Assembly (NCBI RefSeq): GCF_017876815.1
Contig: NZ_JAGIOS010000002.1
Coordinates: forward strand, 420,001 to 452,000
Length of the DNA: 32,000 nt
Direction of reading: 5' to 3'
Source: Sinorhizobium meliloti
Lineage (GTDB): Bacteria; Pseudomonadota; Alphaproteobacteria; Rhizobiales; Rhizobiaceae
This document shows positions 9,643 through 19,465 of the stretch, one piece after another (within the stretch, counting starts at the first letter, position 1; each line of letters starts with the position of its first letter). The position numbers were made by a program, and so were the translations under genes. Under the pieces are notes generated by a model. The model was not told the DNA's origin and made no database searches. It saw nothing but the letters and a program-made list of their open reading frames with translations.

Positions 9643-10680
9643 ATGAAATCCATTTTGAAGCTGATGGCGGGGGCTGCCATCATAGCGTCCATGCATTCCG
9701 CGGCGATCGCCAAGGATCTGGTCATCGGCGTTTCCTGGTCCAATTTCCAGGAAGAGCGCTGGAAGACCGACGAGGCCGCCATCAAGGCCGCGCTCGAAGC
9801 TTCGGGCGATAAGTATATCTCGGCCGACGCGCAGTCTTCCGCCGCCAAGCAGCTCACCGACATCGAGTCGCTGATCGCCCAGGGCGCCAACGCGCTCATC
9901 GTGCTTGCGCAGGACTCCGACGCAATCGGCCCGGCGATCGAGAAGGCAGCCGCCGAGGGGATTCCGGTCGTCGGCTATGATCGCCTCATCGAAAATCCCG
10001 ACGCCTTTTATATCACGTTCGACAACAAGGAAGTCGGCCGCCTTCAGGCGCGCGAGGTATTCAAGCAGAAGCCGGAAGGCAACTTCGTTTTCATCAAGGG
10101 CTCCTCCGCCGATCCGAACGCCGATTTCCTCTTCTCCGGGCAGCTGGAAGTCCTGAAGGAGGCGATCGACGCGGGTAAGATCAAGAATGTCGGCGAAGCC
10201 TATACCGATGGCTGGAAGCCGGAGAACGCCCAGAAGAACATGGAGCAGTTCCTGACCGCCAACGACAATAAGGTCGATGCGGTCGTGGCCTCCAACGACG
10301 GCACTGCCGGCGGCGCGATCGCGGCCCTCGACGCCCAGGGCCTTGCGGGCTCGGTTCCGGTTTCCGGCCAGGATGCCGACAAGGCTGCGCTGAACCGCGT
10401 GGCGCTCGGCACGCAGACGGTTTCGGTCTGGAAGGACTCCCGTGAGCTCGGCAAGAAGGCAGCCGAAATCGCCGTGGCGCTTGCCGGCGGCAAAACCATG
10501 GACGAAGTCGAAGGCGTGCAGACCTTCAACGGCGGGCCGAAGGGCGTCGCCATGAAGTCCGTCTTTCTCGCGCCGCTGGCGATCACCAAGGACAATCTGA
10601 ACGTCGTCATCGACGCCGGCTGGATTTCCAAGGAAGAAGCCTGCCAGGGCGCCAAGAGCGACGTTGCTGCCTGCAAATAA
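9643..10680 (+). CDS. xylF: D-xylose ABC transporter periplasmic binding protein
   Basis: Signal peptide [23 protein letters not shown], then XylF-like sequence ([46 protein letters not shown]). RBS GGGAGGA at 9632-9638. Confidence 0.9.
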   Translation: MKSILKLMAGAAIIASMHSAAIAKDLVIGVSWSNFQEERWKTDEAAIKAALEASGDKYISADAQSSAAKQLTDIESLIAQGANALIVLAQDSDAIGPAIEKAAAEGIPVVGYDRLIENPDAFYITFDNKEVGRLQAREVFKQKPEGNFVFIKGSSADPNADFLFSGQLEVLKEAIDAGKIKNVGEAYTDGWKPENAQKNMEQFLTANDNKVDAVVASNDGTAGGAIAALDAQGLAGSVPVSGQDADKAALNRVALGTQTVSVWKDSRELGKKAAEIAVALAGGKTMDEVEGVQTFNGGPKGVAMKSVFLAPLAITKDNLNVVIDAGWISKEEACQGAKSDVAACK

Positions 10681-10795
10681 CCGCAACGAAATGGCCGATC
10701 TCTGGTCTTCAAGAGCGCCGCAACGCACACCGTTGCGGCGCTCTTGCAAGGTGCGAAGCGGATCGAACGACATCGACAGATAAGTGGGGGATGGC

Positions 10796-12157
10796 ATGGC
10801 CATGGCCGAGATCACAAAAGCCAACCAGACACGGGCCGATCAGATACCGGGCACGCAGGCCGGCCGCGCCCGCACGACGGACGAAAACCCGGTGAAACGC
10901 TTCTTCCGTGCCACCGAAATCGATACCCGGCTGCTCGGCATGGTCGGCGCGCTGATCATCATATGGCTCGGTTTCCAGGTGATGACCGGCGGACTGTTCG
11001 ACGGCCTGTTCCTGAAACCGCGCAACCTGTGGAACCTGACCGTCCAGACCTCATCCGTCGCCGTCATGGCGACCGGCATGGTGCTGGTCATCGTCACCCG
11101 CAACATCGACCTCTCGGTCGGCTCCGTGCTCGGCTTCTGCGGCATGATCATGGGCGTCCTGCAGGCGCAGGTCCTGCCACAATATCTCGGCCTCGGCCAT
11201 CCCGCCACCTGGGCGATCACCCTTGCCTGCGGCATCGCGGTCGGCGGCGCCATCGGCGCGCTTCACGGATCGATCATCGCCTTCCTCAACGTTCCCGCTT
11301 TCATCGTGACGCTCGGCGGCCTGTTGGTCTGGCGCGGCGCAACCTGGTTCGTGACGAGCGGCCAGACGGTTGCGCCGATGGACGCCACCTTCCGTCTCAT
11401 GGGCGGCGGCACCGAGGGTTCCATCGGCGCGACGGCAAGCTGGATCGTCGGCTTCCTCGCCTGTATCGCCATCGTCGGCGCCATTTTGAATTCGCGCAAG
11501 CAGCGCAAGCGCTTCGGCTTCCCGCTGCGCCCTGTCTGGGCCGAATATTTCCTGTCGATCCTCGGCTGCGCCCTGGTGCTTGGCGCAGTCGCCGTGGCCA
11601 ACCATTATTACTGGCCGGTCAATATCGCCCGCAGATATGCCGATGCGAACGGCATCGCCTGGCCTGACGGAGGCCTGCAGATCTCGCACGGCATTGCCAT
11701 TCCTGTCCTGGTCGCGATCGTCGTCGGCATCGTCATGACCTTCATCGCCACCCGCCTTCGCTTCGGCCGCTACGTCTTCGCACTCGGCGGCAACCCCGAA
11801 GCGGCCGAGCTCGCCGGCATCAAGACGCGCTGGGTCACCGTCAAGATCTTCACGCTGATGGGCGTGCTCTGCGCCATCGCAGCGGCCATCTCGACGGCGC
11901 GCCTCAACGCGGCGACCAATGCCCAGGGCGAGCTCGACGAGCTCTACACGATCGCGGCCGCAGTAATCGGCGGGACCTCGCTTGCCGGCGGCGTCGGCAC
12001 CATTGCCGGCGCGATGATCGGCGCGCTCGTCATGCAATCCCTGCAGTCGGGCATGGTCCTTCTGGGGATCGATACGCCCTTCCAGCGGATCGTCGTCGGC
12101 GTCGTGCTCGTCACCGCCGTCTGGCTCGACACCGTCTACCGCGCCCGCGCAAAATAA
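10796..12157 (+). CDS. xylH: Sugar (xylose) ABC transporter permease
   Basis: Polytopic membrane protein with a long XylH-type architecture and the conserved block [14 protein letters not shown]...[17 protein letters not shown]. The start could be GTG 10784, ATG 10796 or ATG 10802. Confidence 0.85.
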   Translation: MAMAEITKANQTRADQIPGTQAGRARTTDENPVKRFFRATEIDTRLLGMVGALIIIWLGFQVMTGGLFDGLFLKPRNLWNLTVQTSSVAVMATGMVLVIVTRNIDLSVGSVLGFCGMIMGVLQAQVLPQYLGLGHPATWAITLACGIAVGGAIGALHGSIIAFLNVPAFIVTLGGLLVWRGATWFVTSGQTVAPMDATFRLMGGGTEGSIGATASWIVGFLACIAIVGAILNSRKQRKRFGFPLRPVWAEYFLSILGCALVLGAVAVANHYYWPVNIARRYADANGIAWPDGGLQISHGIAIPVLVAIVVGIVMTFIATRLRFGRYVFALGGNPEAAELAGIKTRWVTVKIFTLMGVLCAIAAAISTARLNAATNAQGELDELYTIAAAVIGGTSLAGGVGTIAGAMIGALVMQSLQSGMVLLGIDTPFQRIVVGVVLVTAVWLDTVYRARAK

Positions 12158-12171
12158 TCAGGAGTTCGAAC

Positions 12172-12957
12172 ATGACTGAACAACGCACTCCGCTCGTGGA
12201 AATGAAGAACATTTCCATCTCCTTCGGCGGCATCCACGCGGTGGACGATGCTTCCGTCGATCTCTACCCCGGCGAGGTGGTCGCCCTCCTCGGCCATAAC
12301 GGTGCCGGCAAGTCCACGCTCATCAAGATTCTCTCCGGCGCCTACAAGCGCGATGCCGGCGAGATCCTGATCAACGGCGAGCCGGCCGAGATCAACAATC
12401 CGCGCGACGCCAAGAAATACGGCATCGAGACGATCTACCAGACGCTCGCCGTGGCCGACAATGTCGACGCCGCCGCCAATCTCTATCTCGGCCGCGAACT
12501 GCGCACCCCCTGGGGCACGCTCGACGACGTGGCGATGGAAGCCAAGGCCCGCGAAGTGATGGGCCGGCTCAACCCCAACTTCCAGCGCTTCAAGGAGCCG
12601 GTGAAGGCGCTTTCCGGCGGCCAGCGGCAATCGGTGGCGATCGCCCGCGCCATCCTCTTCGACGCCCGCATCCTGATCATGGACGAGCCGACCGCGGCGC
12701 TCGGGCCGCAGGAAACCGCGCAGGTGGGCGAGCTCATCAAGCAATTGAAGCGCGAGGGCATCGGCATCTTCCTGATCAGCCACGACATCCACGACGTCTT
12801 CGACCTCGCCGACCGCGTCTCCGTCATGAAAAACGGCCAGGTCGTCGGCCACGCCCGCACCGAGGACGTGACCAAGGACGAGGTGCTCGGCATGATCATC
12901 ATGGGCAAGGTGCCCCCCAAGGCCATCCCCGGCCCCGGCGCCATGCAGATGGCGTGA
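12172..12957 (+). CDS. xylG: Sugar (xylose) ABC transporter ATP-binding protein, single ABC domain
   Basis: Walker [10 protein letters not shown], signature LSGGQRQ and Walker [17 protein letters not shown] upstream. Confidence 0.88.
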   Translation: MTEQRTPLVEMKNISISFGGIHAVDDASVDLYPGEVVALLGHNGAGKSTLIKILSGAYKRDAGEILINGEPAEINNPRDAKKYGIETIYQTLAVADNVDAAANLYLGRELRTPWGTLDDVAMEAKAREVMGRLNPNFQRFKEPVKALSGGQRQSVAIARAILFDARILIMDEPTAALGPQETAQVGELIKQLKREGIGIFLISHDIHDVFDLADRVSVMKNGQVVGHARTEDVTKDEVLGMIIMGKVPPKAIPGPGAMQMA

Positions 12958-12975
12958 GGCGACACGAACGCCCCC

Positions 12976-13004
12976 AATGCCGCGTCGACGGACGCGGCAT
13001 TTTC
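12976..13004 (+). terminator. Rho-independent terminator of the xyl operon
   Basis: AATGCCGCGTC, loop GACG, GACGCGGCATT, then a T-run. Confidence 0.65.
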
Positions 13005-13139
13005 TTCGCGCAAGCCGCTTCGCGCGGACACCAAACGCAAATTTCCGCTGCAAACTCAGTCAATCACCATTGAAGCGGCGCGCAAGCTAGGCTAAGAACC
13101 GCTCACAGCCTGCTTCGGCGGCCCTGCCGCCAAACGGAT

Positions 13140-13216
13140 GCACCCGTAGCTCAGCTGGATAGAGTGTTGGATTCCGATTCCAAAGGTCACAGGTTCGAAT
13201 CCTGTCGGGTGCGCCA
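13140..13216 (+). tRNA. tRNA-Arg (anticodon CCG)
   Basis: Folded by hand into a cloverleaf. Acceptor GCACCCG/CGGGTGC, D-arm GCTC..GAGT, anticodon stem TTGGA/TCCAA with loop TTCCGAT. T-arm ACAGG-TTCGAAT-CCTGT, with an encoded CCA. Confidence 0.93.
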
Positions 13217-13307
13217 GTCTTTCAACCACTTACGGCAGATTTGGCATACGTCTAGTTAAGGGCAGGAAGCACATAGGAAGCGCCGGCAATCGCCTGAGAA
13301 CAAGCTC

Positions 13308-13592
13308 ATGTCTAATGACATCGGAGATGACGAACTCATTTCACTCTCAAAGGCCGCAGAGCTTTTCTTCCGCGGTGAGATAAAAAAATCCTCGCTTCGA
13401 ACAGAAGCCCGCAAGGGCAATCTGGAAATATTTCGCATCGCGAACAAAGACTTCGTCACGCGGAATGCCATCAGGCGCATGGTCGAGCGGTGCAAGCTTC
13501 CTTCTCCGGTTAGCTCGACGGCAACACCGCAAAACATCACTGCGAAAGAGGCAGCCCGGCTCAGGCTCGCCGCACTGAAGCGCAATGAGTAG
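13308..13592 (+). CDS. Small putative DNA-binding protein (excisionase/AlpA-like HTH candidate)
   Basis: 94-aa ORF immediately after the tRNA. The segment ISLSKAAELF...LRTEARKGNLEIFRIANKDFVTRNAIRRM looks like a HTH. Its stop overlaps the next start (ATGA). Confidence 0.45.
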   Translation: MSNDIGDDELISLSKAAELFFRGEIKKSSLRTEARKGNLEIFRIANKDFVTRNAIRRMVERCKLPSPVSSTATPQNITAKEAARLRLAALKRNE

Positions 13593-13767
13593 GGGCGCGT
13601 TCAGGCAAGCCGACCTCGAGCGAATTCTCCGGGCCGCCAAGAAGGTAGGCGCCAGTGTCCAGGTCGACCTGCGGACGCTGGAGGTTAAAATTTTTCCGGC
13701 ATCCGACGGAGCCTTATGTATCAACGACGGATTCGCGCCGGACGGAAAGGAGAACTGGGAAGTCTGA
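13585..13767 (+). CDS. Hypothetical small protein, translationally coupled to 13308-13592
   Basis: 60-aa ORF with an ATGA overlap to the upstream gene. No family recognised. Confidence 0.45.
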   Translation: MSRGAFRQADLERILRAAKKVGASVQVDLRTLEVKIFPASDGALCINDGFAPDGKENWEV

Positions 13768-13778
13768 GCGCCGCGAGG

Positions 13779-13979
13779 CTACTCGTCCTTACTGGCCCTT
13801 TCGCGACGATCGAGCTCCGCCTCGACAGCCTGGCGGATGAATTCTGCTCTCTTGTTCTTGCCCACCAGCGCGTCAATTCGCTCGGGCACGCCCTCCGGCA
13901 GCCGCACAAGAATAGGCTTCACTTTCAATGGTGGCCGCCCCATGCGGCGAGGATTATTCGATATCGGAAAGTGAGTCAA
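13779..13979 (-). CDS. Ribbon-helix-helix (CopG/Arc-type) DNA-binding protein
   Basis: GRPPLKVKPILVRLPEGVPERIDALVGKNKRAEFIRQAVEAELDRRE fits the RHH beta-strand plus two-helix pattern. No toxin partner lies downstream. Confidence 0.65.
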   Translation of the reverse strand: MTHFPISNNPRRMGRPPLKVKPILVRLPEGVPERIDALVGKNKRAEFIRQAVEAELDRRERASKDE

Positions 13980-14003
13980 ACCGACCTCCCCCTGCGTATA
14001 AAC

Positions 14004-14034
14004 GATATCGCTTATTGAGCATATAAGCGATATC
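14004..14034. promoter_or_regulatory. 12-7-12 perfect inverted repeat, probable operator of the RHH protein
   Basis: GATATCGCTTAT-tgagcat-ATAAGCGATATC, located between the divergent genes 13979(-) and 14073(+). Confidence 0.45.
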
Positions 14035-14072
14035 TCTTATGCTTTCAACCTTACCAGGTGGAGGCTTGGGTA

Positions 14073-14349
14073 ATGCCGAACGTCGGGAAGATCCGAATTG
14101 GTAGCCGTCCTGAAGACGTGGTCATTCTTTTCGACAAGGGGGAGCCTCCTCTGCACGTGGACCTCGTTACCGAACTGGCCGAGGAGGAGGGGATTATCCG
14201 AGTTTCCTTTGCAGCCCACACAGGACGGAGAAGGCCTCCGAAAAGCGGATATCGTTGCCCGCCTGCGTATGAAGAAAGAGACCGCATGGGAGCTTTGCCG
14301 GGCACTCAAGGATTTGGACAAACCAAGCGGCAAGGCTAGACGGCCTTAG
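14073..14349 (+). pseudogene. Hypothetical gene apparently split by a +1 frame change near 14200-14220
   Basis: Frame a reads MPNVGKIRIGSRPEDVVILFDKGEPPLHVDLVTELAEEEGIIRVSFAAHT and then becomes junk-like. Frame a+1 continues protein-like (QDGEGLRKADIVARLRMKKETAWELCRALKDL) to the stop at 14349. RBS GGTGGAGG at 14057-14064. Confidence 0.35.
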
Positions 14350-14577
14350 TACCACCGAGCGTCCATCGAGACTGTGCAAACGCGGCGAGTTAACAGCCAA
14401 CCTCAGACGTGGCGGCTGGTGCGTTCGTCACCCTCATCCGGCCACTGATGCTCATTTGGCCCTCAAGAATTTCCATCGCCCGGCCGACCGCCCTGTAGTT
14501 GGGGCTCGCCTTACCTGTCCACTTGGCCTTCGTGAAATATCTTCGAGTCTTAGCCTCACGACTGGGGGCGTGAGCAA

Positions 14578-14769
14578 ATGACCGACTGGCAGGACTTAAC
14601 GGAAGAAGACGCCATCGAGGCAGCCGTGGCCGAGCACGGCAAGAACCCAACGGCATCTGTCGCATACTGCGCGCTGGAAGCATACAACGGCCGGGACAAT
14701 GAGGAGCACCGCTTCTGGTTCGGCCTCTTCCTGAAGCTTGCAAAGCGCGAGCACGTCGGCTGGGCATAA
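14578..14769 (+). CDS. Hypothetical small protein
   Basis: 63-aa ORF with acceptable codon bias. No family recognised. Confidence 0.4.
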   Translation: MTDWQDLTEEDAIEAAVAEHGKNPTASVAYCALEAYNGRDNEEHRFWFGLFLKLAKREHVGWA

Positions 14770-15069
14770 GTGACGATGTGCCTCACTACCCATTTCATCG
14801 CCGAGCTTATCAGAGCCGCCAACGAGGCGGACAGGCTGACGCCGTTTGAGGTGAAGCGGCTGCTCAACCGGTCGGTTGACACGATCCGCGAGATGAGCAG
14901 ACAGACGGGCGTCGCTGGCAGCCACCGCGCCCTGAACGTTGTGATCGATATCCAGGTCGCCTCGGCACGCGCCCCGCGACCTGTCTCCAGCGGGGACCAG
15001 AGACGTCCTCCTGGAGGCGGCCGACATCATCAGAACGTTGAAGATTGTGTTGGATGGGAAGGATGTCTA
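14770..15069 (+). pseudogene. Hypothetical gene with a probable frame change near 14945-14985
   Basis: The first frame reads ...HFIAELIRAANEADRLTPFEVKRLLNRSVDTIREMSRQTGV...IDIQVA and then turns Arg/Pro/Gly-rich. The +1 frame gives RDVLLEAADIIRTLKIVLDGKDV* ending at 15069. Confidence 0.3.
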
Positions 15070-15969
15070 GCCCACCCGGTTAGTCGGCGCCACCGTTCGC
15101 GTCGTTCCTAACGCACCACCGAACCAAGCAGCGACGGCACCTAGAACTAGCGAGACAAAGCCAAGAAGCGCTCCACTTGAAACGATGGTGGCAGCCGTGT
15201 CGGCGGCTTCGGTCGCCTGCTGTTTGGCGCGCTCCACCGAGGCTTTATAGCTTTCCTCGTATTGTTGAACTTGGGTGCGCGCCTGATCAACCGGAATATT
15301 CTGCGCCTTCGCAATGGCGTCAGCGGCGCGATTTCTGGCTTCTTCCGCGGTCGCTTCGTCGCCGGTGACTGCCGCACGCACGGCGGCCACCGCAGCGTCG
15401 CGAAGAGCCGCCGGATCGTTGCCGCCGGTCGCATTTCTGACCTGCCGCTCGATGTCGGCAATCGGATCGACGGATGTGGCAACGGCCGGGGCGGCGGCAG
15501 TCGTCACGGTTGCGGCAGTCTTGCCGACGCCCCCGATGATGCTGCTTAAACCGCTGAAGGCGCCACCGACCAAAGTACCGACCGAGGTCGTTAGCAGATA
15601 AAGCACGACCAATGTCGTGACCGCCCAGCTGGTCAGCCCATGGTAACTTCCGGTGGCCTTGCTGGGGCGGCCGGAGACGCGGCTGGCGACATATCCACCG
15701 ACGAAGGCGGCGACGATGCCCGAGACAACGAACCAGAGACCGCCGGCAATGGAAAACGTACTTGGGTCCGGATTGTCCGTTGTCGCCGGATCGATCACGG
15801 CGGCTCCGATCCCGACACCCAGAAGATTTAGCAGAAACTGGACCGCGAGCGCGAGCACCATGCCGGCAAAGACTGCTCCCCAGGAAATTTTGTTGAGGGC
15901 GGCATTCACCGAAGGATCAGAAACGTAATCGGGGTCGCGGGCACGATGAGCGGCAACAGGGTCGGTCAT
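15067..15969 (-). CDS. Membrane protein with an Ala-rich helical C-terminal region (stress-regulon candidate)
   Basis: MTDPVAAHRARDP..., four predicted TM segments, then an AxxA-rich region and a terminal TM. RBS GGAGG before ATG 15969. An exact GSR promoter lies upstream. Confidence 0.75.
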   Translation of the reverse strand: MTDPVAAHRARDPDYVSDPSVNAALNKISWGAVFAGMVLALAVQFLLNLLGVGIGAAVIDPATTDNPDPSTFSIAGGLWFVVSGIVAAFVGGYVASRVSGRPSKATGSYHGLTSWAVTTLVVLYLLTTSVGTLVGGAFSGLSSIIGGVGKTAATVTTAAAPAVATSVDPIADIERQVRNATGGNDPAALRDAAVAAVRAAVTGDEATAEEARNRAADAIAKAQNIPVDQARTQVQQYEESYKASVERAKQQATEAADTAATIVSSGALLGFVSLVLGAVAAWFGGALGTTRTVAPTNRVG

Positions 15970-16007
15970 GGATATATTCCTCCCGGAGAGCACGCGGATC
16001 GCATTCA

Positions 16008-16032
16008 AACGATGAACTCGGGAAACTGTTCC
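16008..16032 (-). promoter_or_regulatory. EcfG/RpoE2-type general stress response promoter (GGAAC-N16-CGTT)
   Basis: The minus strand reads GGAAC (16032-16028), 16 nt, then CGTT (16011-16008). This is 39 nt upstream of ATG 15969. Confidence 0.6.
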
Positions 16033-16431
16033 CGGCACAACCCAGTGATCACAATGGAAGGTCAGTCGGGGACTATTCGCGACCCCGTGACTCGGTTTTG
16101 GATTTGCCGCTTGCGGTCTAGATCAGCTCGAGCAAGCTTCGTCCTCCCGCTCTCTGATCGTTTCGCCTCTAGAAAATCCCATGCTGGTGCCAGATTTAAA
16201 ATTGCAACTTGCGACAGTAAATCGGCGCCGGCCATTAAAACGCAGGGTAGTTTTTGATGCGCTAGCCTGATAGCTACATGACGTTCGTGAGCGTGACTGA
16301 AAGGAATGTCAGGCTCAGCGAACTATCGATGCAGCAGACGACCACGCCGCACCCTTCTGGACGACCTGACGCCGGCTCAACAGAGCGGGTTCGCCTACGC
16401 AATCCAACAACGCGCAACAGTGGAGATCGTC

Positions 16432-16767
16432 ATGACCGAAAACTCTAAGACCCCTCCCGCCAAGAAGACAATCGAAGACCCTCCGGAATATGGCGCTGCC
16501 GCCGGCGAAAAAAGCAATTCCTGGACTGGCAGGGGAAAGCCTCCCGAGCAGCCCAGCGGGGAGACCGAAGCCGGTTATCAACAAAACGGGCAGACCGCCG
16601 TAGCGCCCACCGGAACCGGTGATCAGGCGAAGAAGACGGCAGGTACAAAAGATTGGTTGGGCGGGCCGCAAAACGGAGCCGAAGCGCCTGGCTCCAAGGA
16701 GAGTGGTCCGACAGGCTCGGGGAAAGCGCAGGGCGAAGGAGCAAGAAACCCCCAAACGGGCGAGTAG
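16432..16767 (+). CDS. Low-complexity hydrophilic Gly/Pro/Lys/Glu-rich protein
   Basis: MTENSKTPPAKKTIEDPPEYGAAAGEKSNSWTGRGKPPEQ..., with GGAG 8 nt before ATG 16432. The composition resembles small stress-induced proteins. Confidence 0.55.
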   Translation: MTENSKTPPAKKTIEDPPEYGAAAGEKSNSWTGRGKPPEQPSGETEAGYQQNGQTAVAPTGTGDQAKKTAGTKDWLGGPQNGAEAPGSKESGPTGSGKAQGEGARNPQTGE

Positions 16768-16888
16768 CAGCCGACAATGCTGCGACTTCGCCGCCCTACG
16801 CCATCATGGGTGCGAGCGGCACTGATCGAGTATTCTCACGGTAACTGGGAGTGAAGCGGACACGGCACGATTTCGTGCGGAGTTACGC

Positions 16889-17873
16889 CTATTCCTCGAT
16901 ACCTTTGGGGAACTGGAACACTGCCGCCTCGTCCTCTCTCGACCTTATCCCCTTGAACGACGCATGCCGTAGCTTCCCATCGTCGGTCCAGGCGCAATAC
17001 TCGACCTCGGCGACCAGGACCGGCTCGACGAAGACGGCTCCCTTCCTCCTCAGGACGACTGCTGGAGATTTCGTCGTCATCCCCTCAAGCAGCTTCCGTA
17101 GCTCTCGCGAAAGCTCATGTGACCAGCACGTACCGCAGCCGCCGACATAGACGAGCTCCCCGGCCTTCCGCGCGGCAAGCAGAAGCCGGCCGAGATGACC
17201 AGGCACGGTTGACGGCTCGAATCCCACGATCACGAAGCTATCCCGGCGCTTGCAGGTTATCTTCTGCCACCACTCGCCCCGGCCGGATCGGTAGGGCTTC
17301 TCGGCGTGCTTGGCGATGATGCCTTCGAGGCCGTGAGCGCAGGCGACGCGGAAGAACTCGTCGCCATCAGCCTGCACCTCTTCCGATAGCCGGATGGCAC
17401 CGGCACGGCCGGCGACTATCGGGTCGAGCAGCCACCGGCGTTCGCGAAGCGGCAGTCGGCGCAGGTCCCAACCATCAACATAGAGAAGGTCGAAAGCAAA
17501 AAGATGATTTCGCGTGGATCATGCAAGCTAGGTCGCTTACCGAGCGCGCGCTGAAGCATGCCGAAATCCGACCGCCCCTGATCGTCAAGGACAACCGCCT
17601 CGTCGTCGAGGATTAAGGTTTCGTAACCAAGCTGGCGCGCCTCTGCCGCGATTGAAGCAAAGCGCTGCGTCCAGTCGTAGCCGCCGCGTGTGATTATCCG
17701 TACCCTGTCCGGCTCCACGTGAACGGCCAGACGGTAGCCGTCCCATCTCAAAGGCCCAGTCCGGCCCTTTTGGCGGCTTGTACGACTAGTATCGCCAGAC
17801 ATGGATCAACCCGCTCCGGCATCGGGTCCGGCGATGAGGTGCCGCGCGGTGTTTTCGACGATGGCTTGGCCAT
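16889..17873 (-). pseudogene. ATP-dependent DNA ligase (LigD/LigC-type ligase domain), disrupted
   Basis: Three minus-strand frames together spell a ligase. They read MAKPSSK..DPMPERVDPCLA.., then ..WDGYRLAVHVEPDRVRIITRGGYDWTQRF..LILDDEAVVLD.. The last part reads AFDLLYVDGWDLRRLPLRERR..GLEGIIAKHAEKPYRSGRGEWWQKI..DGKLRHASFKGIR. The frame breaks near 17745-17790 and at the A5/T5 run at 17498-17502. The motif I lysine codon is missing. Confidence 0.75.
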
Positions 17874-18605
17874 TAGCCCATTAACGCACAGGCCCGCGAA
17901 AAGCCGAATTGACTCTTTCGGCTGAGAGAACATATTAGGAACATTCGACGGCGATGCGGCGCCATTCCATCAATCAGGGGCGAAACTAGAATGACGCGCG
18001 TCATGCGAACACTTGCCGATGAGATAGGAACCGCGATTGAAGTCGATCTGGCGGTAATGCCTTCGCACCAAAGGCGGGCCTACGCCGGCCTCGACCAGTA
18101 CCGCCGTCCCGTTGAGGTGCGCGGCGTCCAGGAACTCGCCAAGGGCATTGCCGAATCCTTCGGGGCCTTTGCCATCTTCGATGTGGAGACGGTGCTGCGG
18201 TCTCCGGCGATCACGCCATTCGTTACGCAAACGCTCTACTCGATCCCGCTTGAACTGCGGCGGGCCGCGTGTGACCGCGACCGGCTGAAAGCAGAAAGCG
18301 CGCGCAAGGAGATGGCACGGATAATCTCGGCCGCACTTCTGGCGCGATACCATTTCGAGCCCTTGAAGCACGTCGGCGCCTCCTGCCATCCGAATTGGGA
18401 AGAGGCCTTCGAGCAGCAGTTTGGCGCCGGCCGTGGGGCGATCGACATGAGTGACGAACTGGGAGCCAAGCCCCACATCCCAAGCCGGTCCGTTTGTCCA
18501 CTACTGCGAGCACCCCGGCTGCACGAAGTGGGGCAGCTTCGGCTTCGCAGTCGGCCGCGACGAGCCGCACTGGTTCTGCTCCGAGCATCGGCCGGAATGG
18601 AATTC
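17745..18605. repeat. Diverged direct repeat, copy 1 (ligase 5' end, divergent ORF and Zn-ribbon ORF)
   Basis: Aligns by eye along its length with 22605-23450, at roughly 85-90 percent identity with small indels. Confidence 0.8.
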
Positions 18606-18614
18606 CCGCCATGA
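17991..18614 (+). CDS. Hypothetical protein (repeat-module gene A); the real C-terminus is probably near 18450
   Basis: Rhizobial codon bias, and many differences from copy 2 are synonymous, which supports this strand and frame. The last ~55 codons overlap the Zn-ribbon ORF and look non-genuine. Confidence 0.5.
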   Translation: MTRVMRTLADEIGTAIEVDLAVMPSHQRRAYAGLDQYRRPVEVRGVQELAKGIAESFGAFAIFDVETVLRSPAITPFVTQTLYSIPLELRRAACDRDRLKAESARKEMARIISAALLARYHFEPLKHVGASCHPNWEEAFEQQFGAGRGAIDMSDELGAKPHIPSRSVCPLLRAPRLHEVGQLRLRSRPRRAALVLLRASAGMEFPP

Positions 18615-18633
18615 GGCACAGCCGCGGCATTGA
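18451..18633 (+). CDS. Small Cys/His zinc-ribbon-like protein (repeat-module gene B)
   Basis: The motif ..[36 protein letters not shown].. is conserved in copy 2 as YVHCCEHPGCTRWGGFGFTVGRSEPSWFCFEHRPEW. It has a GTG start. Confidence 0.5.
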   Translation: MTNWEPSPTSQAGPFVHYCEHPGCTKWGSFGFAVGRDEPHWFCSEHRPEWNSRHEAQPRH

Positions 18634-18649
18634 CCTTCGTCGCAAGCGA

Positions 18650-18683
18650 CCCCGCCACCAACATCCCGTGGCTCGTGGCGGGG
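18650..18683 (+). terminator. Stem-loop after the Zn-ribbon ORF
   Basis: CCCCGCCAC (18650-18658) pairs with GTGGCGGGG (18675-18683). It is followed by a weakly T-rich tail. Confidence 0.4.
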
Positions 18684-18861
18684 TCTGCTCTAAATTGTTG
18701 CTGAAAAGTTTGCTCGTTACCTTTCATGCTCCAGCGCGCTGGGAGCCATGCAGTATTCGCCAAGTGGCTTTTCCCGTCCAGCAAGACGTCCGGATTAATT
18801 CGGAAGGGCGAAAGCTTGGACGTTTGTTGATTTCACGGCCACCTATTTGCTTGCCAAGATA

Positions 18862-18936
18862 CTAGTAGGCGACCTCGTGCTCCTGTTCGGAAACGAGTTC
18901 GCGGTCGCGGCCTTTCTTCTTCGGATTGTCTGCCAT
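18862..18936 (-). pseudogene. Truncated paralog of the 23980-24153 small protein
   Basis: MADNPKKKGRDRELVSEQEHEVAY then TAG. The nucleotide sequence is nearly identical to 24082-24153, and the RBS GGAGGA is retained. Confidence 0.4.
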
Positions 18937-19213
18937 GTAGTTCCTCCATCTAAGAACAGGAGGATAGGGGCGCATTGTTCATAGACAAGGTGCGAGCTAG
19001 TGGTGAACATTTCCTCGCCGCATGATCGTATCGGACCATAGTCTGGTTCGTGAGTGGCGAAGGTCTGAGACTACGCTTCCCGTGATGAAGCGAGAGGCAA
19101 GCCTTCTTGCCAGTGTCATACCTGGGGAGCATAGTGGACCATCAGCGGCACAAGACACGGGCACCGCTGACTGAGAGATCATTGCGCTTTCGCCCCAATG
19201 CGGAGGTCGCGTA

Positions 19214-19465
19214 ATGCTGCAGCACCATCAGCATCCAGATGCGATCATGCCTGATGGCGTCAGCCTTCTGGACGAAATCTTAACCCAACTCTTGACTGAG
19301 AGAGGACTTGGCCGAGACTGCGAAGATGCAGAGCATATCGCCGTAAGGCTAATTTCGCTCTTTCAATCCGGCGTACGCGATCGGGACATGCTGCGCAAAA
19401 TGGCGACCCCTGCGTTATTGGGAGAATTACGCGCTGGTCATCCTGTGTCGCCGGCATCATGTTGA
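19214..19465 (+). CDS. Hypothetical small protein
   Basis: 83-aa ORF with GGAGG 8 nt upstream of ATG 19214. Confidence 0.45.
   Translation: MLQHHQHPDAIMPDGVSLLDEILTQLLTERGLGRDCEDAEHIAVRLISLFQSGVRDRDMLRKMATPALLGELRAGHPVSPASC

Noticed and set aside
8053-12037. Very long antisense ORFs (8053-9342 +, 9526-10824 -, 11051-12037 -, 12136-13053 -; also 1275-1835 + and 2029-2691 -)
   Set aside because: Their Arg/Gly/Asp/His-rich low-information translations are typical of the reverse strand of high-GC genes. Each lies opposite a gene with a recognisable family.
17733-17756. Reading LRWDGYR as a ligase motif I with a Lys-to-Arg substitution
   Set aside because: Comparison with copy 2 (..DWAYEVK) and with the upstream frame (..DWAFEM) shows the Arg comes from a shifted frame after a small deletion. 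The lysine codon is missing rather than substituted.
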